From assembly GCA_964465315.1 (NCBI GenBank), contig CAYXIK010000007.1, positions 18,840 to 82,839 of the forward strand: a stretch of 64,000 bases of DNA. Reading direction: 5' to 3'. Both the position numbers and the translations under genes were made by a program. Every line of letters begins with the position of its first letter. Within the stretch, counting starts at the first letter, position 1. Source of the stretch: an uncultured Gemmatimonadaceae bacterium. GTDB lineage: Bacteria > Gemmatimonadota > Gemmatimonadetes > Gemmatimonadales > GWC2-71-9. Shown piece after piece: positions 41,638 through 50,710 of the stretch. Below the pieces are notes generated by a model. The model did no database searches. It was not told where the DNA came from and worked only from the letters and a program-made list of their open reading frames with translations.

Positions 41638-43401
41638 AGACTCCTGGTCGTTGCCTTGGTGTTCGGATGTGCCGGCGGTCGAGCGGTGCCACCAGCCCCA
41701 GAGCCGGTCACCACCGCTCCAGCGCCCGCCCCTGCTCCGCCTCCCCCCCCCGCCCCATCCGACTCCGTTTCGTCACTGCTCGCCACGCTCTCCGTCCGTC
41801 AGCGGGTCGGACAGCTGGTCGTCCCATGGCTCTCCGGAAACTACACCGCTCTGGACGATTCGCTCTTTCAGACGGCAGCGCGTTGGGTCGACTCGCTCGA
41901 GGTGGGCGGTCTAATCATCTCCGTCGGGTCGCCGTTCGACATCGCCGCGAAGCTGAACGCGCTGCAGCGCCGCTCCCGGCTGCCGCTCCTGGTCGCGGCG
42001 GACCTGGAGTGGGGCGCCGGGATGCGGGTGGTGGGGGCTACCGCGTTTCCGCAAATCATGGCCGTGGGCGCCACGGGCGATCCGAGGGACGCCTACGAGA
42101 TCGGCACGGCCGCGGCCGTCGAAGGGCGAGCCGTCGGCATCCACGTGAATTTCGCGCCCGACGCAGACGTCAACAACAACCCGGCGAATCCAATCATCAA
42201 CGTACGCTCCTTCGGGGAGGACCCGCGGACCGTCTCGCGTCTCGTGACCGAGTACGTACGCGGGCTCCACGAGCACGGCATGCTCGCCACGCTGAAGCAT
42301 TTCCCCGGGCACGGTGACACGCAGACCGACTCGCACCTCGGTCTCCCCGTGATCACCGCCGGGTACGCCCGGCTCGACTCGCTCGAGCTCGTACCGTTCC
42401 GCGCCGGGATCGCGGCAGGTGCGGACGTCGTCATGAGCGCCCATATCGCCTTTCCCGCGCTCACCGGCTCGGACGATCCCGGCACGCTCTCCCCCGCGGT
42501 CCTCACGGGTCTGTTACGCGACTCCTTGAGGTTCGGTGGCCTGGTAGTGACGGACGCCCTCACGATGGGTGGTATCGTGACGAAATACGGCGCCGGGGAA
42601 GCGACCGTGCGCGCGTTCCTTGCGGGGTCGGACTTGCTGCTCATGCCCACCGATCCCGACTCCGCCGTGGACGCGATGGCGGCCGCCGTTGCGTCCGGTC
42701 GGATCACCCGAGAGCGGCTCGTGTCGTCCGTACGGCGTGTGCTCGAAATCAAGCGGCGATTGGGCCTGTTCCAGCATCGGACGGTGCCCCTCGACTCGAT
42801 GATGCAGGTGGTCGGCAGCCGGCGGTTTCAGGACGCGGCCACCGATCTCGCGGTTCGATCGCTCACGCTGGTCCGGGACATCGGAGGCCGCCTGCACGCG
42901 CTCCGGGCACATCCCGGCCGGCTGGCCCTGATCGCGTACGCGGACGAAGCGAACGGCACCGTCGGTCAGTTCCTCACTGACCTGCTGCGCCAGGGTGGCG
43001 ATACGGTCGAGTACTTCCGGCTCTGGCCGATGTCGGGCACGCTGTCCTACGATTCGGCACGAGCGGTCATCGCGCGCGCGCCCTCCACCGTTTTCGTCGC
43101 GAACGTACGGCCGATCTCGTGGAAGGGAAACATCGCGCTCCCCGATTCGCTGGCCCAGCTCGTGACGGCTACCGACAATGCCCGGCGCGCCGTGCTCGTG
43201 TCGCTCGGAAGCCCCTACCTCCTGAATCAAGTGTCGGGCATCAGGTCGTACCTCATCGCCTGGAGCGGCGTGCGAGCCTCGGAGCGCGCCGTGGCGCTCG
43301 CCCTGCTCGGCCGCGTGCCGATCGCGGGTCACCTGCCGATCCGGATTCCTCCGGACTACGCCGTCGGCTGGGGCGTGAGCATCCCGGCCGTCCACCCGTG
43401 A
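41626..43401 (+). CDS. nagZ: glycoside hydrolase family 3 beta-N-acetylhexosaminidase (NagZ-like) lipoprotein
   Basis: Begins MRAHRLLVVALVFGCAGG (lipobox), followed by an Ala/Pro linker. Contains KHFPGHGDT. The start is at the internal ATG at 41626. Confidence 0.85.
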   Translation: MRAHRLLVVALVFGCAGGRAVPPAPEPVTTAPAPAPAPPPPPAPSDSVSSLLATLSVRQRVGQLVVPWLSGNYTALDDSLFQTAARWVDSLEVGGLIISVGSPFDIAAKLNALQRRSRLPLLVAADLEWGAGMRVVGATAFPQIMAVGATGDPRDAYEIGTAAAVEGRAVGIHVNFAPDADVNNNPANPIINVRSFGEDPRTVSRLVTEYVRGLHEHGMLATLKHFPGHGDTQTDSHLGLPVITAGYARLDSLELVPFRAGIAAGADVVMSAHIAFPALTGSDDPGTLSPAVLTGLLRDSLRFGGLVVTDALTMGGIVTKYGAGEATVRAFLAGSDLLLMPTDPDSAVDAMAAAVASGRITRERLVSSVRRVLEIKRRLGLFQHRTVPLDSMMQVVGSRRFQDAATDLAVRSLTLVRDIGGRLHALRAHPGRLALIAYADEANGTVGQFLTDLLRQGGDTVEYFRLWPMSGTLSYDSARAVIARAPSTVFVANVRPISWKGNIALPDSLAQLVTATDNARRAVLVSLGSPYLLNQVSGIRSYLIAWSGVRASERAVALALLGRVPIAGHLPIRIPPDYAVGWGVSIPAVHP

Positions 43402-44594
43402 AGGCAGGGGTCGGCGTCGCGCTGACGGCCCTGGTCGTGGCGTGCCGGTCGTCGATGCCGCCGCTCCCCGTGAGCGTCGGGATCCCGCCCGCTCCCGCGA
43501 CGGCTCTCGGGTTCGACAGCGCGCGGCTCGCGCTAGTGCCGAGTTACTTGCACGCCGAAGTGGACGGCGGGGCTTTTCCCGGCGCCGTGGTCGCGGTGGG
43601 ACGCCACGGTCGTCTCGCGCTGCTCGCGCCCGTGGGACACTATGGCGTAGACGATCCCCGCCCGGTCGAGGCCGGCACGATTTACGATATCGCCTCCCTC
43701 ACGAAGGTCGTGGGACTCACCACCGCGTGCATGCTGCTGGTGGACGAGGGCAAGCTGGCGCTCGACGCGCCGGTCGACTACTACGTGCCCGAGTTCCGCG
43801 GCGCCATGAAGGATCAGGTGACGGTCCGCCACCTGTTGACGCACTCGGCAGGGTTGGTCGCGGATCTCCCGTTATTCGACTCCACGAGGAGCCGCGCCGC
43901 AGCACTCGCGGCGGTGGACACGAACACGCTGTTCGCGCCGCCCGGGAGGAGCTACCGCTACTCGGATCTGTCCGCAATCGTGCTGATGCAGGCCGTGGAG
44001 CGCATCACGGGCGAGCCGCTCGACCGGTTTCTCGACGATCGCGTGTTCCATCCGCTGGGGATGCCGGCGACGCGGTTCCTCCCACCCCCGGCGTGGCGCG
44101 ACCGGATCGCACCCACCGAGCACGACACCGTTTTCCGGCACCGGTGGCTGCGCGGCGAAGTACATGACCAAAGCGCGGCGCGTCTGGGCGGCGTGTCGGG
44201 CAACGCCGGACTGTTCTCCAACGTGCTCGACCTCTCGCGGCTGGCGGCGATGCTCCTGAACGGCGGCGCGTGGGACTCGCTGCAGCTGATCCGGGCGGAA
44301 ACGGTGGCGGAGTTCGTGGCCCGCCAGAACTCACCGCCGGGGTCGACGCGAGCACTCGGGTGGGATACGCCGTCCGATTCGGGCTACTCGAGCGCGGGCG
44401 CGCTGCTCTCGCGCCGTGCGTTCGGCCACACGGGCTTCACCGGGACATCCATGTGGATGGACCCCGACCGCGACCTGTTCATCATCCTGCTCACGAATCG
44501 CGTCCATCCCACGACGGCCAACACCGCGATCCTGCGGGTTCGCGCGCGGGTGGCAGACCTCGTGGCCGAGGCTCTGACCCACCCCGAGCTCTAG
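43398..44594 (+). CDS. serine hydrolase of the beta-lactamase/penicillin-binding (class C-like) family, lipoprotein
   Basis: GTG start at 43398-43400, overlapping the nagZ stop (GTGA). Has signal and lipobox LTALVVAC and the S-x-x-K motif IASLTKVVG. Also contains a YSD motif and HTGFTG. Confidence 0.8.
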   Translation: MKAGVGVALTALVVACRSSMPPLPVSVGIPPAPATALGFDSARLALVPSYLHAEVDGGAFPGAVVAVGRHGRLALLAPVGHYGVDDPRPVEAGTIYDIASLTKVVGLTTACMLLVDEGKLALDAPVDYYVPEFRGAMKDQVTVRHLLTHSAGLVADLPLFDSTRSRAAALAAVDTNTLFAPPGRSYRYSDLSAIVLMQAVERITGEPLDRFLDDRVFHPLGMPATRFLPPPAWRDRIAPTEHDTVFRHRWLRGEVHDQSAARLGGVSGNAGLFSNVLDLSRLAAMLLNGGAWDSLQLIRAETVAEFVARQNSPPGSTRALGWDTPSDSGYSSAGALLSRRAFGHTGFTGTSMWMDPDRDLFIILLTNRVHPTTANTAILRVRARVADLVAEALTHPEL

Positions 44595-44603
44595 CCGTCG
44601 ACT

Positions 44604-46385
44604 CTATTCGACCACCGTCCGCCAGCCGCGCCGCGATAGATCACGGTAAATGACGACGCCGGCGACGGCCGCGACGACGATCAACAGCACGCCCGGCAGG
44701 GTCTCATGCAACAGGAGCTTTCCGACTCCGAAGAGCGCGCCGTAAACCAGTACGCAGCCGGCGACCCAGTCGAGCAGGTTTGCCAGGCCATCCGCCGAGG
44801 GTTGCACGTCCGGAGCCCGCGCCGCCACCGGGCCCCACCCCGTTCGGGACGGTCGCGTGCGCCGGTAAAACGCGTCCAGCGTCGCTCCGGACTCCGGGCG
44901 TGTCAGGTACGTGACGGCGAGCCACACCGCGGTCGTAACGGCCACGGTGATCAGCACGATCTTGGCGAAGTCCACCGGCCGATCGGTATCGAGTCCCCAA
45001 ACGGTCTGCAAGAGGACGGACACGACGAACGCGGTAATCATCGCCGAGACTTCGCTCCAGGCATTGATGCGCCACCAGTACCAACGCAAGAGCAGCACCC
45101 CACCAGTACCGGCGCCCGTGATGATCAACAGTTTCCAGGCACCGCCGATCGACTCGATGCGGAAGGCCACCGCGGCGGAGATCACGGTCAGCACGCCCGT
45201 CGCCAGCCGCGACATCAGGACATAGTGTGACTCGCTGTCGAGCCGACGCACGAAGCGTCGGTAGAAATCGTTCACGAGGTAGCTCGCGCCCCAGTTGAGG
45301 TGGGTCGCGACCGTCGACATGAAGGCGGCCGCGAACGCCGCGACCATGAGCCCGCGCAGGGACGACGGTAGGTGATCGATCATCACGCGGACGTAGCCCG
45401 TCTCGGGGTCGGCGAGCCCGGGATAGAGGATGAGCGAGGCCAGGGCCACGAGAATCCACGGCCACGGGCGAATGGCGTAGTGCGCGATGTTGAACCACAA
45501 GGTGGCGAGCAGCGAGTGTTTCTCGTCTTTAGCGCTCAGCATGCGCTGCGCGACGTATCCCCCGCCCCCGGGCTCGGCCCCGGGGTACCAGGTCGCCCAC
45601 CAGTTGACGGCGATGTACACGAAGAACGCGATCAGCGGCATCCACGCCGAGCCGACGTCGGGCACAAAGCTGAGCACGGACCCTTGGCCGCCGGTCGTGG
45701 CCCTGTGCACTTGATCGATGGCGGCGAGCTTCACCCGCATGGCATCGATCCCGCCCACTGCCTGCACCGCGACCACGGCCAGGACGATCACCATCCCCAT
45801 CTTGATCACGAACTGGAACAGATCGGTCACCAGCACGCCCCACAGCCCCGAGAGAGTCGAGATCGCCGAGGTGAGGAGGATGAGCCCGACCACGATCCAC
45901 AGGGCTTCGCCCTTGGAGATCGAGAACACCAGCTCGAGGATTTTCGCCATCGCGAGGTTCACCCAGCCGAGGATGATGCAGTTGATGAGCAGGCCCAGGT
46001 ACAGCGCCCGGAACCCGCGCAGGAAGGCGGCCGGCGGACCGGCATAGCGGATCTCGGCGAATTCGATGTCGGTCATGACGCCGGAGCGGCGCCACAAGCG
46101 CGCGTAGAAGAACACGGTCAGCATGCCGCTGGCAAGCATGTTCCACCACAGCCAGTTCCCCGCTATGCCGTTGCGCGCGACGAACCCCGTGACCGCGAGC
46201 GGCGTATCGGCGGCGAACGTCGTCGCCACCATGGACGTGCCGGCGAGCCACCAGGGGACATTTCTCCCGGAGAGAAAAAACTCTGCCGTGTCGCGGCTCG
46301 CGCGGCGTTTGTAATACAAACCGACGGCGACGTTGAACAGGAAGTACAGCGCGACGACCATCCAGTCGGCGAGCGTAAGTCGCAT
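44604..46385 (-). CDS. sodium:solute symporter (SSS) family transporter
   Basis: Begins MRLTLADWMVVALYFLFNVAVGLYYKRRASRDTAEFFLSGRNVPWW and has about 13 transmembrane segments. The start is at the internal ATG at 46385. Confidence 0.8.
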   Translation of the reverse strand: MRLTLADWMVVALYFLFNVAVGLYYKRRASRDTAEFFLSGRNVPWWLAGTSMVATTFAADTPLAVTGFVARNGIAGNWLWWNMLASGMLTVFFYARLWRRSGVMTDIEFAEIRYAGPPAAFLRGFRALYLGLLINCIILGWVNLAMAKILELVFSISKGEALWIVVGLILLTSAISTLSGLWGVLVTDLFQFVIKMGMVIVLAVVAVQAVGGIDAMRVKLAAIDQVHRATTGGQGSVLSFVPDVGSAWMPLIAFFVYIAVNWWATWYPGAEPGGGGYVAQRMLSAKDEKHSLLATLWFNIAHYAIRPWPWILVALASLILYPGLADPETGYVRVMIDHLPSSLRGLMVAAFAAAFMSTVATHLNWGASYLVNDFYRRFVRRLDSESHYVLMSRLATGVLTVISAAVAFRIESIGGAWKLLIITGAGTGGVLLLRWYWWRINAWSEVSAMITAFVVSVLLQTVWGLDTDRPVDFAKIVLITVAVTTAVWLAVTYLTRPESGATLDAFYRRTRPSRTGWGPVAARAPDVQPSADGLANLLDWVAGCVLVYGALFGVGKLLLHETLPGVLLIVVAAVAGVVIYRDLSRRGWRTVVE

Positions 46386-46412
46386 GGCTGTGGCAGCCCT
46401 CGCGTCGGAGAG

Positions 46413-46441
46413 TTGACTTGGTCGACGGAACTGTCTAAGTT
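46413..46441 (+). promoter_or_regulatory. sigma70-like promoter for erpA (TTGACT-17-TAAGTT)
   Basis: TTGACT is at 46413-46418 and TAAGTT at 46436-46441. A GGAGG Shine-Dalgarno sequence lies further downstream, before the ATG at 46464. Confidence 0.45.
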
Positions 46442-46463
46442 CGCATCTGACTGGAGGATCGCA

Positions 46464-46823
46464 ATGGCTACGACGCAGCACACCACCCCCGTGACTCTGA
46501 TCCTGACCGAGAAGGCGGCTGCCGAGGTCCGCAAGTTCATGGCGGAGGAGAAGGTTTCGCCCGAGACCGCGGGGCTACGGATCGCGGTGCTTCCCGGGGG
46601 ATGCTCGGGATTCCGCTACAGCCTGAACATCGAGGACAAGCCCGGGGACGACGACGTCGTGATCGAAACCGCGGGCGTGCGGTGCTTTGTCGACGGCTTT
46701 AGCGCCCAGTATTTGAACGGCGTCACCCTGGACTACAAGAGCAACTTCCAGGAGTCGGGGTTCGCCTTCGAGAACCCGAACGCCACGGGCGGCTGCGGCT
46801 GCGGATCGTCCTTCACGGTCTAG
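46464..46823 (+). CDS. erpA: iron-sulfur cluster insertion protein (HesB/IscA/ErpA family)
   Basis: 119 aa, containing GLRIAVLPGGCSGFRYSL and ending GCGCGSSFTV. It is the C-terminal part of a long spurious track ORF. Confidence 0.85.
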   Translation: MATTQHTTPVTLILTEKAAAEVRKFMAEEKVSPETAGLRIAVLPGGCSGFRYSLNIEDKPGDDDVVIETAGVRCFVDGFSAQYLNGVTLDYKSNFQESGFAFENPNATGGCGCGSSFTV

Positions 46824-46853
46824 GCCGTTGTCCCCGCTTCGGTCGGCCTTCCC

Positions 46854-46884
46854 AGCCCGCGCACGTCGCGGGCTTTTTGTTTTG
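46854..46884 (+). terminator. intrinsic terminator after erpA
   Basis: AGCCCGCG-CACGT-CGCGGGCT followed by TTTTTGTTTT. Confidence 0.6.
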
Positions 46885-46892
46885 CCCCCCCG

Positions 46893-48380
46893 GTGCACGC
46901 GCTCGACGTAGCGGTCATCGCGGCCTACTGCGCCGCGGTCGTGGTGTTCGGGCTGGTGCTCTCGGGACGCCAGCGGGATGCCAGTGATTACTTTCTCGGA
47001 CACCGGGGGCTGCCGTGGTGGGCCCTCATGCTCTCCATCGTCGCGACCGAAACCTCCGCCCTAACAGTGATCTCGATCCCCGGCATCGCGGCACGCGGCG
47101 ACCTGACGTTCCTGCAGCTGGCACTCGGATACCTCGCCGGCCGGATCGGCGTCGCGGCGCTGCTCCTGCCCGGCTACTTCGAAGGGACGCAGGACACGGC
47201 CTACCAGCGGCTGGAGCGACGGTTTGGGCCGACCGCCCGGCGCGCGGCGTCCGGCTTGTTTCTGGTCACGCGCGCCCTCGCCGATTGCGTCCGCATCTTC
47301 GCGACGGCGATTCCGCTCGCGATCGTCACGCGCTGGAACCTCGCCGCCGGCATTCTCGCTATCGGGATCGTGACCGTCATCTACACGTGGGTGGGTGGCT
47401 TGCGGGCCGTCGTGTGGGTAGACGTGATCCAGCTGGGGGTCTATCTCCTCGGCGGGGTCGCCACCCTGATCGTCGCGACGCACCTCTCGGGCGGGGTGGG
47501 CGCGTTCGCCCGGGCGTGGGACCAAGGGAAGCTCGTCGCGTTCGACTTCCGACCGTCGTTCGCCGTGCTGTACACGTTTTGGGGCGGCCTCGTCGGCGGT
47601 GCGCTCATCGCCGGCGCCTCCCACGGCACCGATCATCTCATCGTGCAACGGCTGCTCGCCGCGCGTGGTCTCAAGGACGCGCAGCGCGCGCTGGTTGGAT
47701 CCGGCGTGTTCATCATCCTGCAGTTCGCCCTCTTCCTCCTCGTCGGCACGAGCTTGTGGCTGGCTGGGGCCGATCAAGCCGGCATGCGCAGTGATGCGAT
47801 CTATCCCACGTTCATCGTGACGCAGCTCCCGACGGGCCTCGCGGGGCTCGTGGTCGCGGGCATTCTGGCCGCGGCCATGAGCAGCCACGCCTCGGCCGTG
47901 AATTCGCTGGCATCCGCGTCGACGCACGACTTCTACGCCCCGCTTACGGGGCGGCAAGACCCGACCCACCTGCTCTGGGTCGGTCGCTGGCTTACGCTGC
48001 TGTGGACTGCGGTCCTCGTCGCGGGCGCCATGGCGTTCCGCGACCAAAACACGCCCGTCGTCCAACTGGCACTCAGCATCACGTCCCTCACCTACGGCAG
48101 CCTCCTGGGGACGTACCTGCTGGGCGGGTTCTGGCGGCGTGCCCGCGAGCGCGATGTGATCGTCGCCATGGTGGTAGGCGTGCTCATGATGGCACCGATC
48201 GTCCTCGGCGCGGTGATCCCCCGGTTCCCGCTCCGCTGGCTCCCAGGGCTTGCCTGGCCTTGGTACGTGCCACTGGGGACGGCGGTGACTGTGGGGGTGG
48301 GGATGATATCGTCGGCCGTACGGGCGCCGTTTAGAACTGCGACGGAGGGTGGGAGTGGTGACCGGAGAGTCGCTCCGTGA
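46893..48380 (+). CDS. sodium:solute symporter (SSS) family transporter
   Basis: 495 aa with a GTG start. Begins (GTG)HALDVAVIAAYCAAVVVFGLV and contains DYFLGHRGLPWWALMLSIVATETSALT. Has multiple transmembrane segments. Confidence 0.75.
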   Translation: MHALDVAVIAAYCAAVVVFGLVLSGRQRDASDYFLGHRGLPWWALMLSIVATETSALTVISIPGIAARGDLTFLQLALGYLAGRIGVAALLLPGYFEGTQDTAYQRLERRFGPTARRAASGLFLVTRALADCVRIFATAIPLAIVTRWNLAAGILAIGIVTVIYTWVGGLRAVVWVDVIQLGVYLLGGVATLIVATHLSGGVGAFARAWDQGKLVAFDFRPSFAVLYTFWGGLVGGALIAGASHGTDHLIVQRLLAARGLKDAQRALVGSGVFIILQFALFLLVGTSLWLAGADQAGMRSDAIYPTFIVTQLPTGLAGLVVAGILAAAMSSHASAVNSLASASTHDFYAPLTGRQDPTHLLWVGRWLTLLWTAVLVAGAMAFRDQNTPVVQLALSITSLTYGSLLGTYLLGGFWRRARERDVIVAMVVGVLMMAPIVLGAVIPRFPLRWLPGLAWPWYVPLGTAVTVGVGMISSAVRAPFRTATEGGSGDRRVAP

Positions 48381-49309
48381 CTCCCCCAAAAACCGTCGCT
48401 TCACCGTCCGTCGCCTTTCTTGGCGCCGATGCCGGCGGCTCACACTCGACCGTCGTGATCGGTACGCCCGGCACCATCCTCGGCCGCGCCGACGGGCCCG
48501 GCGCCGCCGTGCGTCCGGGCGGCGCGACGGCGTCCGCCGCGGTGCTGGCCGAGACGGCGCGTCGGGCGACGACGCAGGCCGGGGTTGCGCTACCGGTCGA
48601 GCGCGCCGTGGTGGGGGCGGCGGGCGCGGGCCGCGAGCAGGAGCAGAGGGAGCTGGCCGCGGCGCTTCTGGCGGCCGGCGTGGCCCGTCATGTGCGCGTG
48701 CTGGCGGATGGCGAGGTGGCACTTGCCACCGCGTTCGGCGGCGGCCCAGGCATCCTCGTCAATGCCGGAACGGGATCGGTCGCGTACGCGCGGGACCCTA
48801 GCGGCCTGCTACATCGAGCGGGCGGGTACGGCTGGCAGCTCGGCGACGAGGGCGGAGGTTACTGGCTGGGGCGCCGGGCGCTCGACGTGGCGGCGCGGGC
48901 GCAGGATGGTCGGGGCGAAGGCTCGACGCTGCTCGCGCGCCTTCTGGGCGCCCTTGGCTTGCAGCAGTTCGACGACCTGGTCCGATGGACCGCAACCGCG
49001 ACGCCGTCTCAAGTTGCGGCGCTTGCGCCGCATGTGTTGAACGCCGCTCGCGAGGGCGAGGTGGTGGCGCGGCGCGCGGTGGACGAGGCCGCGTCCGAGC
49101 TCGTCGAGCTGGTCGAAGCGCTCGTCCGACACTTCCCAGCTACGGGAACGGTGGCTGTCGCCGTCGCGGGCGGCCTGCTCCTGCCCCAGTCACCCCTCGC
49201 GGCAGCGTTCCGCGAGCGCCTCGCCTTGGGCCTGAAGCGGGCTCGGATCGTGGCCGACCGGATCGATCCGGCGATCGGAGCGTTGAAACTGGCGGCGGAG
49301 CTGGAATAG
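48377..49309 (+). CDS. BadF/BadG/BcrA/BcrD-type ATPase, N-acetylglucosamine (or MurNAc/GlcNAc) kinase-like
   Basis: 310 aa. Contains FLGADAGGSHS, NAGTGSVAYA and GGYGWQLGDEGGGYWLGRRAL. The GTG start overlaps the transporter stop (GTGA). Confidence 0.75.
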   Translation: MTPPKTVASPSVAFLGADAGGSHSTVVIGTPGTILGRADGPGAAVRPGGATASAAVLAETARRATTQAGVALPVERAVVGAAGAGREQEQRELAAALLAAGVARHVRVLADGEVALATAFGGGPGILVNAGTGSVAYARDPSGLLHRAGGYGWQLGDEGGGYWLGRRALDVAARAQDGRGEGSTLLARLLGALGLQQFDDLVRWTATATPSQVAALAPHVLNAAREGEVVARRAVDEAASELVELVEALVRHFPATGTVAVAVAGGLLLPQSPLAAAFRERLALGLKRARIVADRIDPAIGALKLAAELE

Positions 49310-49414
49310 AGCCGTACGTGGTGGTGGTGAGTGGTGCGTGGTTGCTCCCGATGGTGTGCTAGGCGAGGCGGAGGATGAGCGAGCGCCACCATCGGCAACC
49401 AGTTCGACGCACCA

Positions 49415-50710
49415 TCACGCCGCCTGAGCGAGCTTCGCGCCCCCGTCTACGAGTTTCGGATCCCACTCGCTTTCCGTCCGCGCCACGTACACCGCCGCCG
49501 TCAGGTCGCCACACACATTGAGCGTCGTCCGGCTCATGTCGAGGATGCGTTCCACCCCGTAGACAACGCCGACCACTTCAGGCGGGACACCGACGGTTGC
49601 ACACACGACCATCAGCAGCGGCAGCGACCCGCCGGGCACGCCCGCGGTGCCCACCGCCGTGATGACGCTCAACACCATCGCGATCACCTGCTGGCCGAGC
49701 GTGAGGTTCACGCCGAACAGTTGGGCAAGAAACAACACAGTCACGCCTTCGTACAGGGCGGTCCCGTTGTGGCACATGGTGGAGCCGAGCGGGAGGACGA
49801 AGCCGGCGATCCTGGTCGGGATCTTCAGTTCTTCCTCGGCCACGGCGATGTTCGTGGGAAGCGTGGCGTTGCTCGAGCTCGTGGTGAAGGCGGTGACGAT
49901 GCTCGGCGTGATCCGGCGCCAGAAGACGAGCGGGTTCAGCTCCCCAACGTAGCGGACCAGGAGCGACAGGCTCACCGCACCGTGTATCAACAGGCCGGCC
50001 AGTACGACGAGCATGTAGGCGAGCAACTTTCGCAGGATATCCCACCCGAGGAGCGACGTGACGACAAAGATCAATCCGAACACACCGTAGGGTGCAAGCT
50101 TCATCGCCATCCCAATGATCTTGGCGATCGTTTCGCCAACGGCGTCGAGCACCTGGATAAGGGGCCGCGCTTTCGCCTCCGGGATCAGCGTCAAGGCCGC
50201 GCCGAACACCAATGCGAAAAAGATGATGCCGAGCATGTCAAGGTTGGCGGCGGCCTGAATCGGATTACGCGGCACGATGTTCACAAACAGATCCACGCCG
50301 AACGTCGTGGTGCCGCCCGCCTGCAGACCGGCGACCTGTCCGCGATAGGCGTCGAGGAGCTGCTGCCGCACCTCCACGGGCACGCCGACCCCGGGACGCA
50401 CGAGATTGACGAGCAGAATGCCGATCACGGCGGAGATCACCGTGGACACGAGGAAGTACGCAAGCGAACGCGCCCCCACGCGACCCACTTTGCGGATGTC
50501 CCCGATTTGTGCGACGCCGAGCGTGATGGACGTGAAGACGAGCGGTACGACCGTCATGAGGAGGAGGCGCAGGAAGATCTGGCCCACGGGACCGGCGACG
50601 TTGGTGTCCACCCAGCGCACCCACGCCGCGCCGCCAGCCCACACGTTGACCGCCAGGCCGCAGAGCCCGCCGGCCAGGAGACCAACGAAGATCTTGGTGT
50701 GGAGCTTCAC
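49415..50710 (-). CDS. dicarboxylate/amino acid:cation symporter (DAACS family)
   Basis: 431 aa with family-typical regions: SSSNATLP, TMCHNGTALYEG and GVPGGSLPLL. Confidence 0.85.
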   Translation of the reverse strand: MKLHTKIFVGLLAGGLCGLAVNVWAGGAAWVRWVDTNVAGPVGQIFLRLLLMTVVPLVFTSITLGVAQIGDIRKVGRVGARSLAYFLVSTVISAVIGILLVNLVRPGVGVPVEVRQQLLDAYRGQVAGLQAGGTTTFGVDLFVNIVPRNPIQAAANLDMLGIIFFALVFGAALTLIPEAKARPLIQVLDAVGETIAKIIGMAMKLAPYGVFGLIFVVTSLLGWDILRKLLAYMLVVLAGLLIHGAVSLSLLVRYVGELNPLVFWRRITPSIVTAFTTSSSNATLPTNIAVAEEELKIPTRIAGFVLPLGSTMCHNGTALYEGVTVLFLAQLFGVNLTLGQQVIAMVLSVITAVGTAGVPGGSLPLLMVVCATVGVPPEVVGVVYGVERILDMSRTTLNVCGDLTAAVYVARTESEWDPKLVDGGAKLAQAA

